This document shows positions 16,026 to 25,834 of a DNA stretch of 34,597 nucleotides, one piece after another; position 1 is the first letter of the stretch; every line of letters begins with the position of its first letter. The DNA is from a virus: the UHGV virus genome UHGV-0102868. One strand, written 5' to 3'. Under the pieces are notes generated by a model that made no database searches, was not told the DNA's origin, and saw nothing but the letters and a program-made list of their open reading frames with translations. Position numbers and translations under genes: made by a program.

Positions 16026-17120
16026 ATGAGCAGACCGGACTGGGGGGCGTTGCAGCAGGAGTATATTGCTGAATACACCCGCTCCGGTATATCTCCGGTG
16101 GCATGGTGTGAAGCAAGGGGACTGAATTACGCAACAGCCCGTCGTTACATCAAAAAACCTCCGAAAAATGCGCAGACAGAAATGCGCAAAACTGCGCAAA
16201 AAAGTGCGCAGAAAAAATCTGCGCAGACTGCACAAAAGCGGAACGGAAAATCTCAGGAAAAAAAGCCAGTATCCGATGCGTACCTGAATGAGGGCGATGC
16301 GGAAGAAATTTCGTTCTGTCCCGATGAATTCGGCATTTCTGACCAGCAGGCTAAGTTTGCGATGCTTGTTGCTCAGGGTAAAAAGCCGACAGAGGCGTAC
16401 CGACTAGCCGGTTATGAGGGGCAAGGTGCGACAGCTAACAGCAACGCCAGTCGTATGCTTAGAAATGCCAGGGTTTTTCGCGCTATCAGCTACTTCCGCA
16501 ATCAGTACCAGAAACGCTATACCGCAGACCTGGATTTACTAGTGAGTCAGTTGATGGCTATTGTCCTGGCCGACCCCAATCAGCTTGCACAATTTCGCCG
16601 TGTTAACTGCCGTTATTGCTGGGGCGAGAATCATCTCTACCAGTGGCGCGATATAGCAGAATTCGACAAGGCAGCGGCGCAGGCTTCCAGAGATGGCAAA
16701 CCCGAACCGGAATATGGAGGCCTCGGCTTTGTTGATAACGCCATACCCAATCCGGACTGCCCGAAGTGCTGCGGTGAGGGAACGGGACAGCTTTATATGG
16801 CTGATACCACTCTGCTTGATGGGGATGCGCGGCAATTATATGCAGGGGCAAAATTCGGAAAATTCGGCGTTGAGATCCTGCTGGAGGATAAGGCTGCCGC
16901 CCGGCGTGAATTGTTGCGTTTGTTTTCTGCTGGCGGGGCTTTATGTGCAGATAAACGGCTACAGGAACTGGAAATTGAACGGCGCAGAATGGAAAACCAG
17001 AAGCTGCGCAAAGAGATCGAAACGGTGGAAGATAATGAACATCCCCAGCCTGTGGCGATCAATATTAATGTGGTTGATGCCAGAGTAAGGAGTGATGAAG
17101 ATGATCTCTCCGACGCTTAA
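16026..17120 (+). CDS. terminase small subunit
   Basis: Segment FGISDQQAKFAMLVAQGKKPTEAYRLAGYEG...SRMLRN resembles the HTH of small terminase subunits; directly upstream of the large subunit. Confidence 0.7.
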   Translation: MSRPDWGALQQEYIAEYTRSGISPVAWCEARGLNYATARRYIKKPPKNAQTEMRKTAQKSAQKKSAQTAQKRNGKSQEKKPVSDAYLNEGDAEEISFCPDEFGISDQQAKFAMLVAQGKKPTEAYRLAGYEGQGATANSNASRMLRNARVFRAISYFRNQYQKRYTADLDLLVSQLMAIVLADPNQLAQFRRVNCRYCWGENHLYQWRDIAEFDKAAAQASRDGKPEPEYGGLGFVDNAIPNPDCPKCCGEGTGQLYMADTTLLDGDARQLYAGAKFGKFGVEILLEDKAAARRELLRLFSAGGALCADKRLQELEIERRRMENQKLRKEIETVEDNEHPQPVAININVVDARVRSDEDDLSDA

Positions 17121-18402
17121 TGTGCCTCAGGCGCGATTTCTTTCAATGCCCCATAAATTTAAAGCCTATATTGCTGGTTTTGGCTCGGGCAAAACATGGG
17201 TTGGGTGTGGCGGCATATGCAAGGGGATTTGGGAGCATCCAGGTATAAATCAGGGATATTTTGCGCCAACGTATCCCCAAATTCGCGATATTTTTTACCC
17301 TACAGTGGAAGAAGTTGCTGCTGACTGGGGATTGAACGTAAAAATTAATGAGGGAAATAAAGAGGTTCACTTTTATTACGGACGCCAGTATCGGGGAACC
17401 ACTATCTGCAGATCGATGGAGAAGCCACAAACGATCGTCGGTTTCAAAATTGGTAATGCGTTGGTGGATGAACTGGACATTTTGCCGAAGGAAAAAGCCA
17501 GAACGGCGTGGCGCAAGATAATTGCACGTATGCGTTATAAGATTGATGGACTTCGCAACGGTATTGACGTTACAACCACGCCGGAAGGATTCAAATTTGT
17601 CTACGAGCAGTTTGTTAAAGCCGTGCGTGAAAAAACAGAGCTGGCCTCACTGTATGGTCTGGTGCAGGCATCTACTTTCGATAATGAAAAGAACCTGCCA
17701 GCAGATTACATTCCTTCGCTTCTTGAATCATACCCTCCAGAGCTGATTAAAGCCTATCTGCGAGGACAGTTTACTAACCTGACAAGTGGTACTGTTTACC
17801 ATCAGTTTGACCGGAAACTGAATAATTGCGAAGAAGTGGAGCAGCCAGGGGAGCCGATTTATATTGGGATGGATTTTAACGTTGGAAAGATGGCGGGAAT
17901 CGTCCATGTGCTGCGTTTGGGGCTTCCATGTGCGGTAACTGAAATCATCAATGCCTACGATACGCCGGATATGATCCGCATCATTAAAGAACGCTTCTGG
18001 CTGTATGATGGGAATGATTACCGGAAAGTGAGGGAAATTTATATTTATCCAGATGCTTCCGGGGATTCCAGAAAATCAAGTAACGCAAGTACGACGGATA
18101 TAGCCCAGCTTAAGCAGGCTGGTTTTAACGTTGTGGTGAACAGCTCGAACCCGCCAGTAAAAGATCGCGTTAACTCAATGAATGCAATGTTCTGCAATGC
18201 CAATGGTGAGCGTCGCTATAAAGTTAATGTGAAGCGTTGCCCGTTATATGCCGAATCTCTGGAGCAACAGGTCTGGGATGAGAAGGGGGAGCCTGATAAA
18301 AAATCTGGCAATGATCACCCGAATGATGCCGGAGGTTATTTCATCGTTAAGCAATTCCCTATTGTCAAACCGACCGGAAGAGTCACATCACTTCGGATTT
18401 AA
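17101..18402 (+). CDS. terminase large subunit
   Basis: Walker A GFGSGKT near the N-terminus; about 430 aa; SD AAGGAG 8 nt before ATG 17101. Alternative starts at 17092 and 17095. Confidence 0.85.
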   Translation: MISPTLNVPQARFLSMPHKFKAYIAGFGSGKTWVGCGGICKGIWEHPGINQGYFAPTYPQIRDIFYPTVEEVAADWGLNVKINEGNKEVHFYYGRQYRGTTICRSMEKPQTIVGFKIGNALVDELDILPKEKARTAWRKIIARMRYKIDGLRNGIDVTTTPEGFKFVYEQFVKAVREKTELASLYGLVQASTFDNEKNLPADYIPSLLESYPPELIKAYLRGQFTNLTSGTVYHQFDRKLNNCEEVEQPGEPIYIGMDFNVGKMAGIVHVLRLGLPCAVTEIINAYDTPDMIRIIKERFWLYDGNDYRKVREIYIYPDASGDSRKSSNASTTDIAQLKQAGFNVVVNSSNPPVKDRVNSMNAMFCNANGERRYKVNVKRCPLYAESLEQQVWDEKGEPDKKSGNDHPNDAGGYFIVKQFPIVKPTGRVTSLRI

Positions 18403-18404
18403 TT

Positions 18405-19811
18405 ATGGCTGATATATCAACACCCAACCTCGACTATAACGATATGCTGGAGGCGTGGGATATTAACGACGCACTGATGGGCGGTACGCTTGAAATGCGC
18501 AGGCAGGGGGAAAATTATCTCCCAAAATGGCCTAACGAAGATGAAGACGCTTATAAAAAACGCCTGTCTGTGGCTACGCTACTTCCTGTGTATGAAGAAA
18601 GCATCAAGCAAAATATTGGGCGCATATTTGCAGAGCCGACAGTATTGAGTGAGGAAACGCCGGCAAAAATCAGGGAATATACAGAAAATATCGACATGGA
18701 GGGGAGCCGACTGGATGTGTGGGCGCAGCAATTTTTCAGCCTCGCATTTCAGTATGGTGTGGCACATGCGCTGGTGGACTATCCACGAACGGATATGAAA
18801 GAGATTCGTACAAAAGCCGATGAAAACGCGACCGGTGGTCGTCCGTACGTTACGATGCTGAATCCACGCCAGGTTATTGGATGGAAATCGAAAGTTGAAA
18901 AAGGGAAAGTTGTTCTCACTGATTTGCGTATAAAAGAGGTCATCATTATTGATGGTGATGATTTCGGGCAGAAGAAGGTGGAGCAGATCCGCCATATTAT
19001 GCCCCGTCGAGTTGAAATTTATCGACGTAGCGAAGGCACTAATGGCGAATCTGTCTGGACGCTTCATGAGTCATGGAATACCAGCCGTGATGATATTCCT
19101 CTGGTAACACTGTACACGAAGAAAACAGGATTTATGCGTGGTACACCGCCATTGCTTAATCTTGGCTTGCTGAATATCAAGCACTGGCAAAGCCAGAGCG
19201 AGCAGGACAATATTCTTCATGTTACCCGCGTTCCATTGCTGGTGGCCTACGGGCTGGACAGGAATGAAGAACTGACGGTTGGTGCATCCACCGCTACGAT
19301 TTTTGAGGACAGAACAAAAAATGGCCTCGAATATGTTGAACATAGTGGCGCAGCGATAGAATCTGGCGAAACATCACTTGAGAAGCTGGAAAATCAGATG
19401 CGTCATGCCGGCGCTAAACTTCTGCGTGCTGAAAATACATCCACCAAATCTGTTGATCAGACTAATGAAGAGCGAATGCAGGAAAACTCGCCGCTTTATA
19501 CAATGGCGAACTCCCTCGAAGATGCCCTCGATAATATTCTCCAGATAATGGCGGAATGGATCGGAGAGAGTTGCGGTGGCAATGTGGATGTGCGCACTGA
19601 ACTGGATGTATCTGCCCAGGTGTTTGACTCATCCTCCGCGCTGGCTGTTCAGTCATTGCGTCAGGGCGGTGATATACGTCAGATTGATGCGGTTCGGGTG
19701 TTGCAGGCGTTGAAATTTATCGATCAGGATTCCCGTCCAGAGGAAGTGATCGATGAATTAAAAAATCAGAGTGTAATGCTGATGGAAATCAATGATGCAA
19801 ACCGTGAATGA
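18405..19811 (+). CDS. portal protein
   Basis: 468-aa ORF immediately after the large terminase; size and position typical of portals. Assignment is positional. Confidence 0.7.
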   Translation: MADISTPNLDYNDMLEAWDINDALMGGTLEMRRQGENYLPKWPNEDEDAYKKRLSVATLLPVYEESIKQNIGRIFAEPTVLSEETPAKIREYTENIDMEGSRLDVWAQQFFSLAFQYGVAHALVDYPRTDMKEIRTKADENATGGRPYVTMLNPRQVIGWKSKVEKGKVVLTDLRIKEVIIIDGDDFGQKKVEQIRHIMPRRVEIYRRSEGTNGESVWTLHESWNTSRDDIPLVTLYTKKTGFMRGTPPLLNLGLLNIKHWQSQSEQDNILHVTRVPLLVAYGLDRNEELTVGASTATIFEDRTKNGLEYVEHSGAAIESGETSLEKLENQMRHAGAKLLRAENTSTKSVDQTNEERMQENSPLYTMANSLEDALDNILQIMAEWIGESCGGNVDVRTELDVSAQVFDSSSALAVQSLRQGGDIRQIDAVRVLQALKFIDQDSRPEEVIDELKNQSVMLMEINDANRE

Positions 19812-20907
19812 ACGGCTGCGTGATGAATCAATTGCTCATGCAGTCTGGATATCCCGCTATAGCACTGGCGTGGCTGCCAGAATGGTGAAAATACTGAATG
19901 ACAGCGATGCGGAACTTACTGCTCGCCTGCTGATAGCACTGGACAGCCTCGATCCAGGTAATTTTACCGTTAAGCGCCTGGAGTCACTTCTGGCGAGCGT
20001 CAGAAAGGTTAACCGCACTGCTATTAACAGCATGTTTACCAGTCTCTCCGGAGAGCTGAACGAGCTGGCAATTTATGAGGCTGGTTATCAGTTAAGTCTG
20101 TTTGATTCTATGCTACCTGATTTTGTTGCTGATGTTCACCCTCTGGTTGGTATCTCTCCTGATGCACTTTATGCCGCTGCAATGGCGCGACCATTCCAGG
20201 GACGACTGCTCAGTGAGTGGGCCTCAGATCTTGAGGCGGATCGGCTCAGACGCATAACAAATACAGTGCGTCAGGGTTTTTTGCTGGGGGATACCAATGA
20301 GCAGATCGCAAGAAAAATTCGGGGACATGTCAGTAAGGGATTTCAGGATGGTGCATTGCAGATGAGCCGGGCTAATGCGGCCAGCATTGCAAAAACAGCG
20401 GTTGGACATCTTGCTGCTACTGCCCGTGAGAGTTTTGCCAGCGCGAATAATGATTTGATTAAGGGTAAGCAATGGTTATCAACGCTTGATAATCGTACTA
20501 CGCCACAATGTCGAATCAGGGATCGCCTCAAATATACGCTGAATAATAAACCTGTAGGTCACAGCGTGCCTTATTTGCAGGGGCCGGGAAAAATTCATTT
20601 CTGCTGCCGCTCAACGGAAACGTTCATTCTGAAATCAGCGAAGGAACTGGGTATTGATGTTCGCGATATTTCCCCGGCTGAGCGGGCCAGCATGGATGGC
20701 GTGGTGGCCGGAGATACAACCTACAGGGAATGGTTTTTGCGTCAGCCTTACACCAGACAAAAACAGATTGTGGGGGAAACCCGAGCAAAGCTGATTCGGG
20801 ATGGTGGTATGTCGCCAGATGAATTTTACACCGATAAAGGCGAATGGCTGACGCTGAAGCAGCTCCGTGAGCGTGATGCACAGGTATTCAGAAAAGCAGG
20901 GATTTAA
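19792..20907 (+). CDS. head morphogenesis protein (Mu gpF / SPP1 gp7-like, putative)
   Basis: About 370 aa directly after the portal and followed by a strong terminator; assigned by position and size. Confidence 0.65.
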   Translation: MMQTVNERLRDESIAHAVWISRYSTGVAARMVKILNDSDAELTARLLIALDSLDPGNFTVKRLESLLASVRKVNRTAINSMFTSLSGELNELAIYEAGYQLSLFDSMLPDFVADVHPLVGISPDALYAAAMARPFQGRLLSEWASDLEADRLRRITNTVRQGFLLGDTNEQIARKIRGHVSKGFQDGALQMSRANAASIAKTAVGHLAATARESFASANNDLIKGKQWLSTLDNRTTPQCRIRDRLKYTLNNKPVGHSVPYLQGPGKIHFCCRSTETFILKSAKELGIDVRDISPAERASMDGVVAGDTTYREWFLRQPYTRQKQIVGETRAKLIRDGGMSPDEFYTDKGEWLTLKQLRERDAQVFRKAGI

Positions 20908-20926
20908 ATAAATTATTTATTACAAC

Positions 20927-20952
20927 AGGCTACCTTCGGGTGGCCTTTTTTA
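20927..20952 (+). terminator. rho-independent terminator
   Basis: 8-bp stem AGGCTACC / GGTGGCCT with TTCG loop, followed by TTTTTT. Confidence 0.7.
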
Positions 20953-21011
20953 TTGCTGCGATCCGGATGGTGAGCAGCGTAACTGTCGGAAGACTTAAAC
21001 CAGGTACTAAT

Positions 21012-21776
21012 ATGAAACTGAAAACGGTCGAGATTAACGGAAAACAATACGCAGAAATTGATACTGCTGGCCTGCCAGTTTATGTGCACGACGATGGTAA
21101 AGAAATTGGCTTCGATGCACCGCTGGCGACAAAAAAAATTACAGAGCTTAATGGCGAGGCAAAAAATCATCGCCTGGCTAAAGAAGCTGCAGAGGAAAAA
21201 CTGGCTAAGTTTGCCGCTATCGAAGACCCGAAGAAGGCGATCGAGGCACTGGAAATGCTGTCAAAAATCGACCAGAAAAAGCTGCTCGATGCGGGACAGG
21301 TTGACCAGGTTAAGGCAGAAATTACGAAAAATTTTCAGCAGCAATTAGATGAAGAAAAGCAACGCTCTCAGATGCTGGAGAAGCAGCTTTACGATTCTAT
21401 GATTGGCGGTAGTTTTGCGGGTTCAAAATATATTGCCGATAAAATTGCGATCCCGGCAGATTTATTACAAGCCCGCTTCGGGCAGGCATTCAAAGTGGAA
21501 GAAGGGAGGATCGTTGCTTATGACGCTTCCGGCAACAAAATTTATTCCCGCGCGAAGCCTGGCGAACTGGCGCAGTTTGATGAGGCGCTGGAGTTCCTTG
21601 TCGAAAATTACCCTCAGAAAGACTACATCCTGAAAGCCAGTGGCAACAATGGCGGCGGCTCCCGTCCGACACAGCATGATATTGGTCAGAAAACGATGAA
21701 ACGCTCTGCTTTTGATGCACTGGATGTTGCAGGTAAGCAAAACGCATTGAAAGACGGTATCACAATCGTTGATTAA
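21012..21776 (+). CDS. scaffolding protein (putative)
   Basis: Charged, coiled-coil-rich 254-aa protein directly upstream of the major capsid gene. Start at ATG 21012 because the ORF-track start at 20940 lies inside the terminator. Confidence 0.6.
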   Translation: MKLKTVEINGKQYAEIDTAGLPVYVHDDGKEIGFDAPLATKKITELNGEAKNHRLAKEAAEEKLAKFAAIEDPKKAIEALEMLSKIDQKKLLDAGQVDQVKAEITKNFQQQLDEEKQRSQMLEKQLYDSMIGGSFAGSKYIADKIAIPADLLQARFGQAFKVEEGRIVAYDASGNKIYSRAKPGELAQFDEALEFLVENYPQKDYILKASGNNGGGSRPTQHDIGQKTMKRSAFDALDVAGKQNALKDGITIVD

Positions 21777-21874
21777 CACATTTGTCAGCTTCCGGATGGG
21801 AGCTGGTGTCAGGGCTGGATAGCTCATTACTCCATCTATTCACAATTACGCAAATTTTTAAGGAATATTTAATT

Positions 21875-23014
21875 ATGGCTGGAAATACCCTGACCGGGTT
21901 GATCCCGACTATTTATACCGCCCTGGATGTTGTATCCCGTGAGCAGGTAGGTTTTATCCCTGCGGTAGCAAAAAACGCAAAAGCTGACGCCGCAGCAAAA
22001 GATCAGACGGTAACCGCGCCAGTTGCGCCTGAGGCGAAAACCGAAGATATCGTACCGGGGCCGTCAGCTCCGAATACCGGTGATCAAAATATTGGCACTG
22101 TTGATGTAAAAATTACTAAATCCAAAATGGCACCGGTTAAATGGAATGGTGAAGAACAACTGGCTCTTGGCCCTTCAGGGACTTACAACACCATTCTGGC
22201 TGATCAGTTCAAGCAGGCTTTTCGCGCCCTTGCAAACGAGGTTGAGGCTGATCTTGGTGCGTTGTATTTCGGTGCTTCCCGCGCCGTGGGAACCGCAGGG
22301 ACAACGCCGTTTGGTGTTAAAGATGATCTTTCTGATGCTGCTCTGGCTCGTCAGGTTCTGGAGGATAACGGCGCACCGACAACCGATCTGCAGATGGTGC
22401 TTGGCTCCACTGCCATTGCTAATTTGCGCGGAAAACAGTCTGTACTGTTTAAAGTGAATGAATCCGGCACTGAACAGCTACTGCGTGAGGGCGTGTTGGG
22501 GCGTCTGGAGGGATTCAATATTCACAGTTCGGCAGGTGTAAAACGAGCGCCAAAGGTTGCTGCAACTGGTTATCTCGTGAATGGCGAGAAAAAAGAAGGC
22601 GATGTTCTTATTTCCATTGATACTGGTTCGGGGAGTATTTCTGCAGGTCAGATTGTTACGTTCGCTGGCGATCCGAATCAGTATGTTGTGGCAGCAGCGA
22701 CCAGCAATCTGATTACTCTTGCAGCGCCCGGACTGCGTCAGGATCTGGCCGATGATACTGCAATCACAGTTGTTGGCTCCTTTACTGCAAATATGGCGTT
22801 TGATCGCAACGCGTTTCTGCTGGCATCCCGTACTCCGGCAATGCCGGAAGGTGGCGATAATGCTGATGATGTAATGAATGTTACGGACCCGATTTCAGGG
22901 ATTACGTTCCAGATTGCACTGTATCGTCAGTATCGCCAGGTGCGCTATGAAGTTGGACTGGCATGGGGTGTTTCATCAGTGAAGCCGGCACATGGTTGTC
23001 TGATTCTTGGTTAA
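21875..23014 (+). CDS. major capsid protein
   Basis: RBS AAGGAA before ATG 21875; about 380 aa; follows the scaffold gene. Positional assignment. Confidence 0.75.
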   Translation: MAGNTLTGLIPTIYTALDVVSREQVGFIPAVAKNAKADAAAKDQTVTAPVAPEAKTEDIVPGPSAPNTGDQNIGTVDVKITKSKMAPVKWNGEEQLALGPSGTYNTILADQFKQAFRALANEVEADLGALYFGASRAVGTAGTTPFGVKDDLSDAALARQVLEDNGAPTTDLQMVLGSTAIANLRGKQSVLFKVNESGTEQLLREGVLGRLEGFNIHSSAGVKRAPKVAATGYLVNGEKKEGDVLISIDTGSGSISAGQIVTFAGDPNQYVVAAATSNLITLAAPGLRQDLADDTAITVVGSFTANMAFDRNAFLLASRTPAMPEGGDNADDVMNVTDPISGITFQIALYRQYRQVRYEVGLAWGVSSVKPAHGCLILG

Positions 23015-23056
23015 ACATTCAAACGGGGCTTCGGCCCCATTTTTAATGGAGGGCAT

Positions 23057-23233
23057 ATGGCCGGATTAACTAAAGAGCAAAGAGCACAGCGTGAAGCCGC
23101 ACAAAAAACGCAAATTGAGTTAGTGGTTATGGTGACCGATTATCAGATGTTTCCCGGCGCACCAACTATCGCTAATGTTCATCCTGATGAAGTTGACAAC
23201 TGGAAGGCTCTGGGCTGGAAAACTCAGGAGTAA
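23057..23233 (+). CDS. small hypothetical head-region protein (58 aa), absent from the ORF track
   Basis: RBS GGAGGG; open frame of 58 codons between the capsid gene and the next head gene. Confidence 0.4.
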   Translation: MAGLTKEQRAQREAAQKTQIELVVMVTDYQMFPGAPTIANVHPDEVDNWKALGWKTQE

Positions 23234-23236
23234 CAC

Positions 23237-23632
23237 ATGATCACTTACGTGACCTGTGATGACGTTGATAATGCGTTTGGGAACGCCTGGACGAGTGAGA
23301 ACGCTAAAAATAAAGCTGTTTTAATGGCTAATGCCTGGCTTAATGGCTTCAGCCTGAAAATTAACCCATCCCGTATTCCGGAAGAGGTAAAACTTGCGGG
23401 AGCATATGCAGCCAGAATTGCCTCTGTCGGTAAGTTGTTTCAGCAGAAAAATGATTCAGGCGTTGTTATCAGTAAAGCCGTGTCGGCTGACGGGGTCAGT
23501 GTATCGAAATCATTTGCTGAATTGCCAGCAAACAGCACTGCATTGCTTGAACCCGATTTACAGCTTGCGATAGCACTGCTGAAACCGTACGGACTTAGTC
23601 GCTCACAAGTCAGGGTTGTGAGGGGGGGATGA
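23237..23632 (+). CDS. head-tail connector / head completion protein (putative)
   Basis: First of four small tightly packed (stop/start overlapping) genes between capsid and major tail; positional assignment. Confidence 0.5.
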   Translation: MITYVTCDDVDNAFGNAWTSENAKNKAVLMANAWLNGFSLKINPSRIPEEVKLAGAYAARIASVGKLFQQKNDSGVVISKAVSADGVSVSKSFAELPANSTALLEPDLQLAIALLKPYGLSRSQVRVVRGG

Positions 23633-24015
23633 TGGGGGTTCGTGAAGAGATTCAGTCAGAGGTTGCCGCTGCTTTTGATGAGGATTTAGCAGACGTCGTG
23701 AGTGATTTTTCTGGTTCTTACGTTACGTACCGGAACTGGGATCCTGTGACTGAAACTGGCGGCGAATCCACAGCAACCTATACCGGGCGAGGCGTGTTGA
23801 CGCGTTATAAGCTGGGCAGAATTGATGGGATTAATATTTTGCATGGTGACCTTAAATTAACTGCTCTGGTATGCGAGGTTACGGATAAACCCGCTGTCGG
23901 CCATATTATTGAGATTTATGATTCTGTATCAAGGCAGTTGCAACGATACGAGGTAATTACAGCGAGTGTAGATCCTTCCGCATCAGTTTACTCAATCCAG
24001 TTAAGGAGAGCGTAA
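23629..24015 (+). CDS. head-tail joining protein (putative)
   Basis: ATGA overlap with the upstream gene; 128 aa; position. Confidence 0.5.
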   Translation: MMGVREEIQSEVAAAFDEDLADVVSDFSGSYVTYRNWDPVTETGGESTATYTGRGVLTRYKLGRIDGINILHGDLKLTALVCEVTDKPAVGHIIEIYDSVSRQLQRYEVITASVDPSASVYSIQLRRA

Positions 24016-24396
24016 ATGGCAAAGGCATGGGATATCGAACCGTCAATATTTGCCGGGATGATTGAGGAAGATGTGGGGCTGAAAATTCGCTACATCGCTA
24101 TTCAGATTCTTACTGCTATTGATATTGCTGCTCCGGTTGATACCGGGCGTTTCAGAAATAACAACATGGTGTCGTTACAGCATCCCGATTTTGGTATATC
24201 TGATAACGTGGATCCGAACGGTACGATTGCGGTTCAGCGTGGGATCGGGGTTATTTCGAAAGCTGCAAATTACGGAATTATTTATATCCAGAATAACCTT
24301 CCTTATGCAGAGGCTCTTGAAAACGGTCATTCACAACAAGCGCCAACTGGCGTGTATGCCAACGCTTTTAATGGTGTTTTACAGGCTTACAAATGA
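24016..24396 (+). CDS. tail completion protein (HK97 gp10-like, putative)
   Basis: 126 aa; position; weak resemblance to gp10-type proteins. Confidence 0.45.
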   Translation: MAKAWDIEPSIFAGMIEEDVGLKIRYIAIQILTAIDIAAPVDTGRFRNNNMVSLQHPDFGISDNVDPNGTIAVQRGIGVISKAANYGIIYIQNNLPYAEALENGHSQQAPTGVYANAFNGVLQAYK

Positions 24397-24785
24397 CGTT
24401 TACTGAAATCAGAAATACGGTCATTTCCAGAATGACGGCACAGACGGTTATTGATGGAAAAGACGTATTGTATCCGAACGGGCCAACGTTCGATCCTTCC
24501 GGTAAGTTAATCTGGGCGCGTTTAAGCAATATTCCCGGGCAGGCTGGAGTTAATGAAATTGGCGCGGGGCCGGTTGTTTATCGCACGGGGATAATCATTA
24601 TTCAGTTATTTGTCCCCGCAGGTTCTGGTTCAAAACTCATTACTGAGACAGCCGATAAATTGCGGGAACTGTTTGAGTTTCAGGATGACGATCGTCTCAG
24701 TTACCAGGCTGTTTCCTCAATAACCGTTGGCGAAAAGAATGGCTGGTTCCAGCTTAATCTTCAAATTCCATATCGCGCGCTCTAG
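24393..24785 (+). CDS. tail terminator-like protein (putative)
   Basis: 130 aa; overlaps the upstream stop; sits immediately before the major tail gene. Confidence 0.45.
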   Translation: MTFTEIRNTVISRMTAQTVIDGKDVLYPNGPTFDPSGKLIWARLSNIPGQAGVNEIGAGPVVYRTGIIIIQLFVPAGSGSKLITETADKLRELFEFQDDDRLSYQAVSSITVGEKNGWFQLNLQIPYRAL

Positions 24786-24811
24786 CGCAATTAATGACAT
24801 AGGAGGCTCCT

Positions 24812-25774
24812 GTGAGTTCAGGTGCAAAGGTTATCTCGGCATTTATCCGGGAGACAGTTGCAGGCACCACACCAGCAAGTGGTGACTGGAGTTTATTAAA
24901 ACGCACAAGCTGGGGAGTAAAACCCACCCAGAATAAAGGCGAAAATAATGAGATTGGCGGCTCCCGGATGGCTCAGGGGGCGACGCCTGGCACTGTGGAT
25001 GTTGGCGGTGATGTTGGTACCAAATTTCGCTGGGGTCAACATGATGATTTTCTTGCATCCTGTTTCGGCGCGGAATGGTCCGGTGATTCTCTGACAATGG
25101 GGAATGAGCGAATAACATTTTCTCTGGCGACCTATGCGTCCGATGTTGGAATTGCCTCTGTTGTCAGAGGAGCGCAGGTTGGCTCATGGAAAATGCAGAT
25201 CCCTAACGACGGCGATATTACGGCGACCGTAACCTTTGCCGGGTTGGACTGGGAATCAAAGGCCGATGATACGAATTTTATCAAAGGCGAACCTGTGGAT
25301 AGTGCAGGAAAACTACGTTATTCGTTTAAGGAGGTTTCAGCAGTAAGCCTGAATGGTGTTGCCGGAGGTAACGGTTTTTGTATCGACAGTTTTGATATTC
25401 AGTTCGATAACAAACTCCAGACACAGCGTTGTATCGGGACTGGCTCGCCTTATGCAGGAGCAAATATTCCGACTACTTTTACACCGTCCGGTACGGTGAC
25501 GCTTTCATGGTCTAAAGCCGCGTGGGAAATCTGGAGTAAAACACTGACTGGAGAAACAGTTCCGTTCAGCTTCACGCTTTCGAATGGAGAGGGGGCATAC
25601 ACTTTCAGTTTCCCGAAGGTTCAGGTGTCAGGTGAATGGCCTGATGGGGGTAATACCGACATTATCCAGGTTCAATTGAGCATTACCGCAGCAGATGAAG
25701 CACCTACGATAACCAGAAAAAAAGCCTCCCCGGCTGCCGTGATCGCAAAAGCCAGTGCTGAGGCGATTAGTTGA
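24812..25774 (+). CDS. major tail (tube) protein
   Basis: GTG start behind AGGAGG; 320 aa; immediately upstream of the G/GT chaperone pair, as in lambda V. Confidence 0.65.
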   Translation: MSSGAKVISAFIRETVAGTTPASGDWSLLKRTSWGVKPTQNKGENNEIGGSRMAQGATPGTVDVGGDVGTKFRWGQHDDFLASCFGAEWSGDSLTMGNERITFSLATYASDVGIASVVRGAQVGSWKMQIPNDGDITATVTFAGLDWESKADDTNFIKGEPVDSAGKLRYSFKEVSAVSLNGVAGGNGFCIDSFDIQFDNKLQTQRCIGTGSPYAGANIPTTFTPSGTVTLSWSKAAWEIWSKTLTGETVPFSFTLSNGEGAYTFSFPKVQVSGEWPDGGNTDIIQVQLSITAADEAPTITRKKASPAAVIAKASAEAIS

Positions 25775-25834
25775 TTTTCCGTTATTCCCCCTGTGGTACT
25801 GCACTACAGGGGAGCGCATTGAATGAGGTTATAG

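Noticed and set aside
16166-16223. Possible CRISPR-like or tandem repeat array
   Set aside because: The repeats are 6-bp hexamers inside a coding linker, not 25-40-bp repeats separated by unique spacers, and no cas genes are present. Kept as a candidate pac-like element instead.
22146-22457. 103-aa + strand ORF in an alternative frame inside the major capsid gene
   Set aside because: Wholly embedded in the capsid coding frame, with no RBS or functional signature (unlike Rz1, which has a lipobox and signal peptide).
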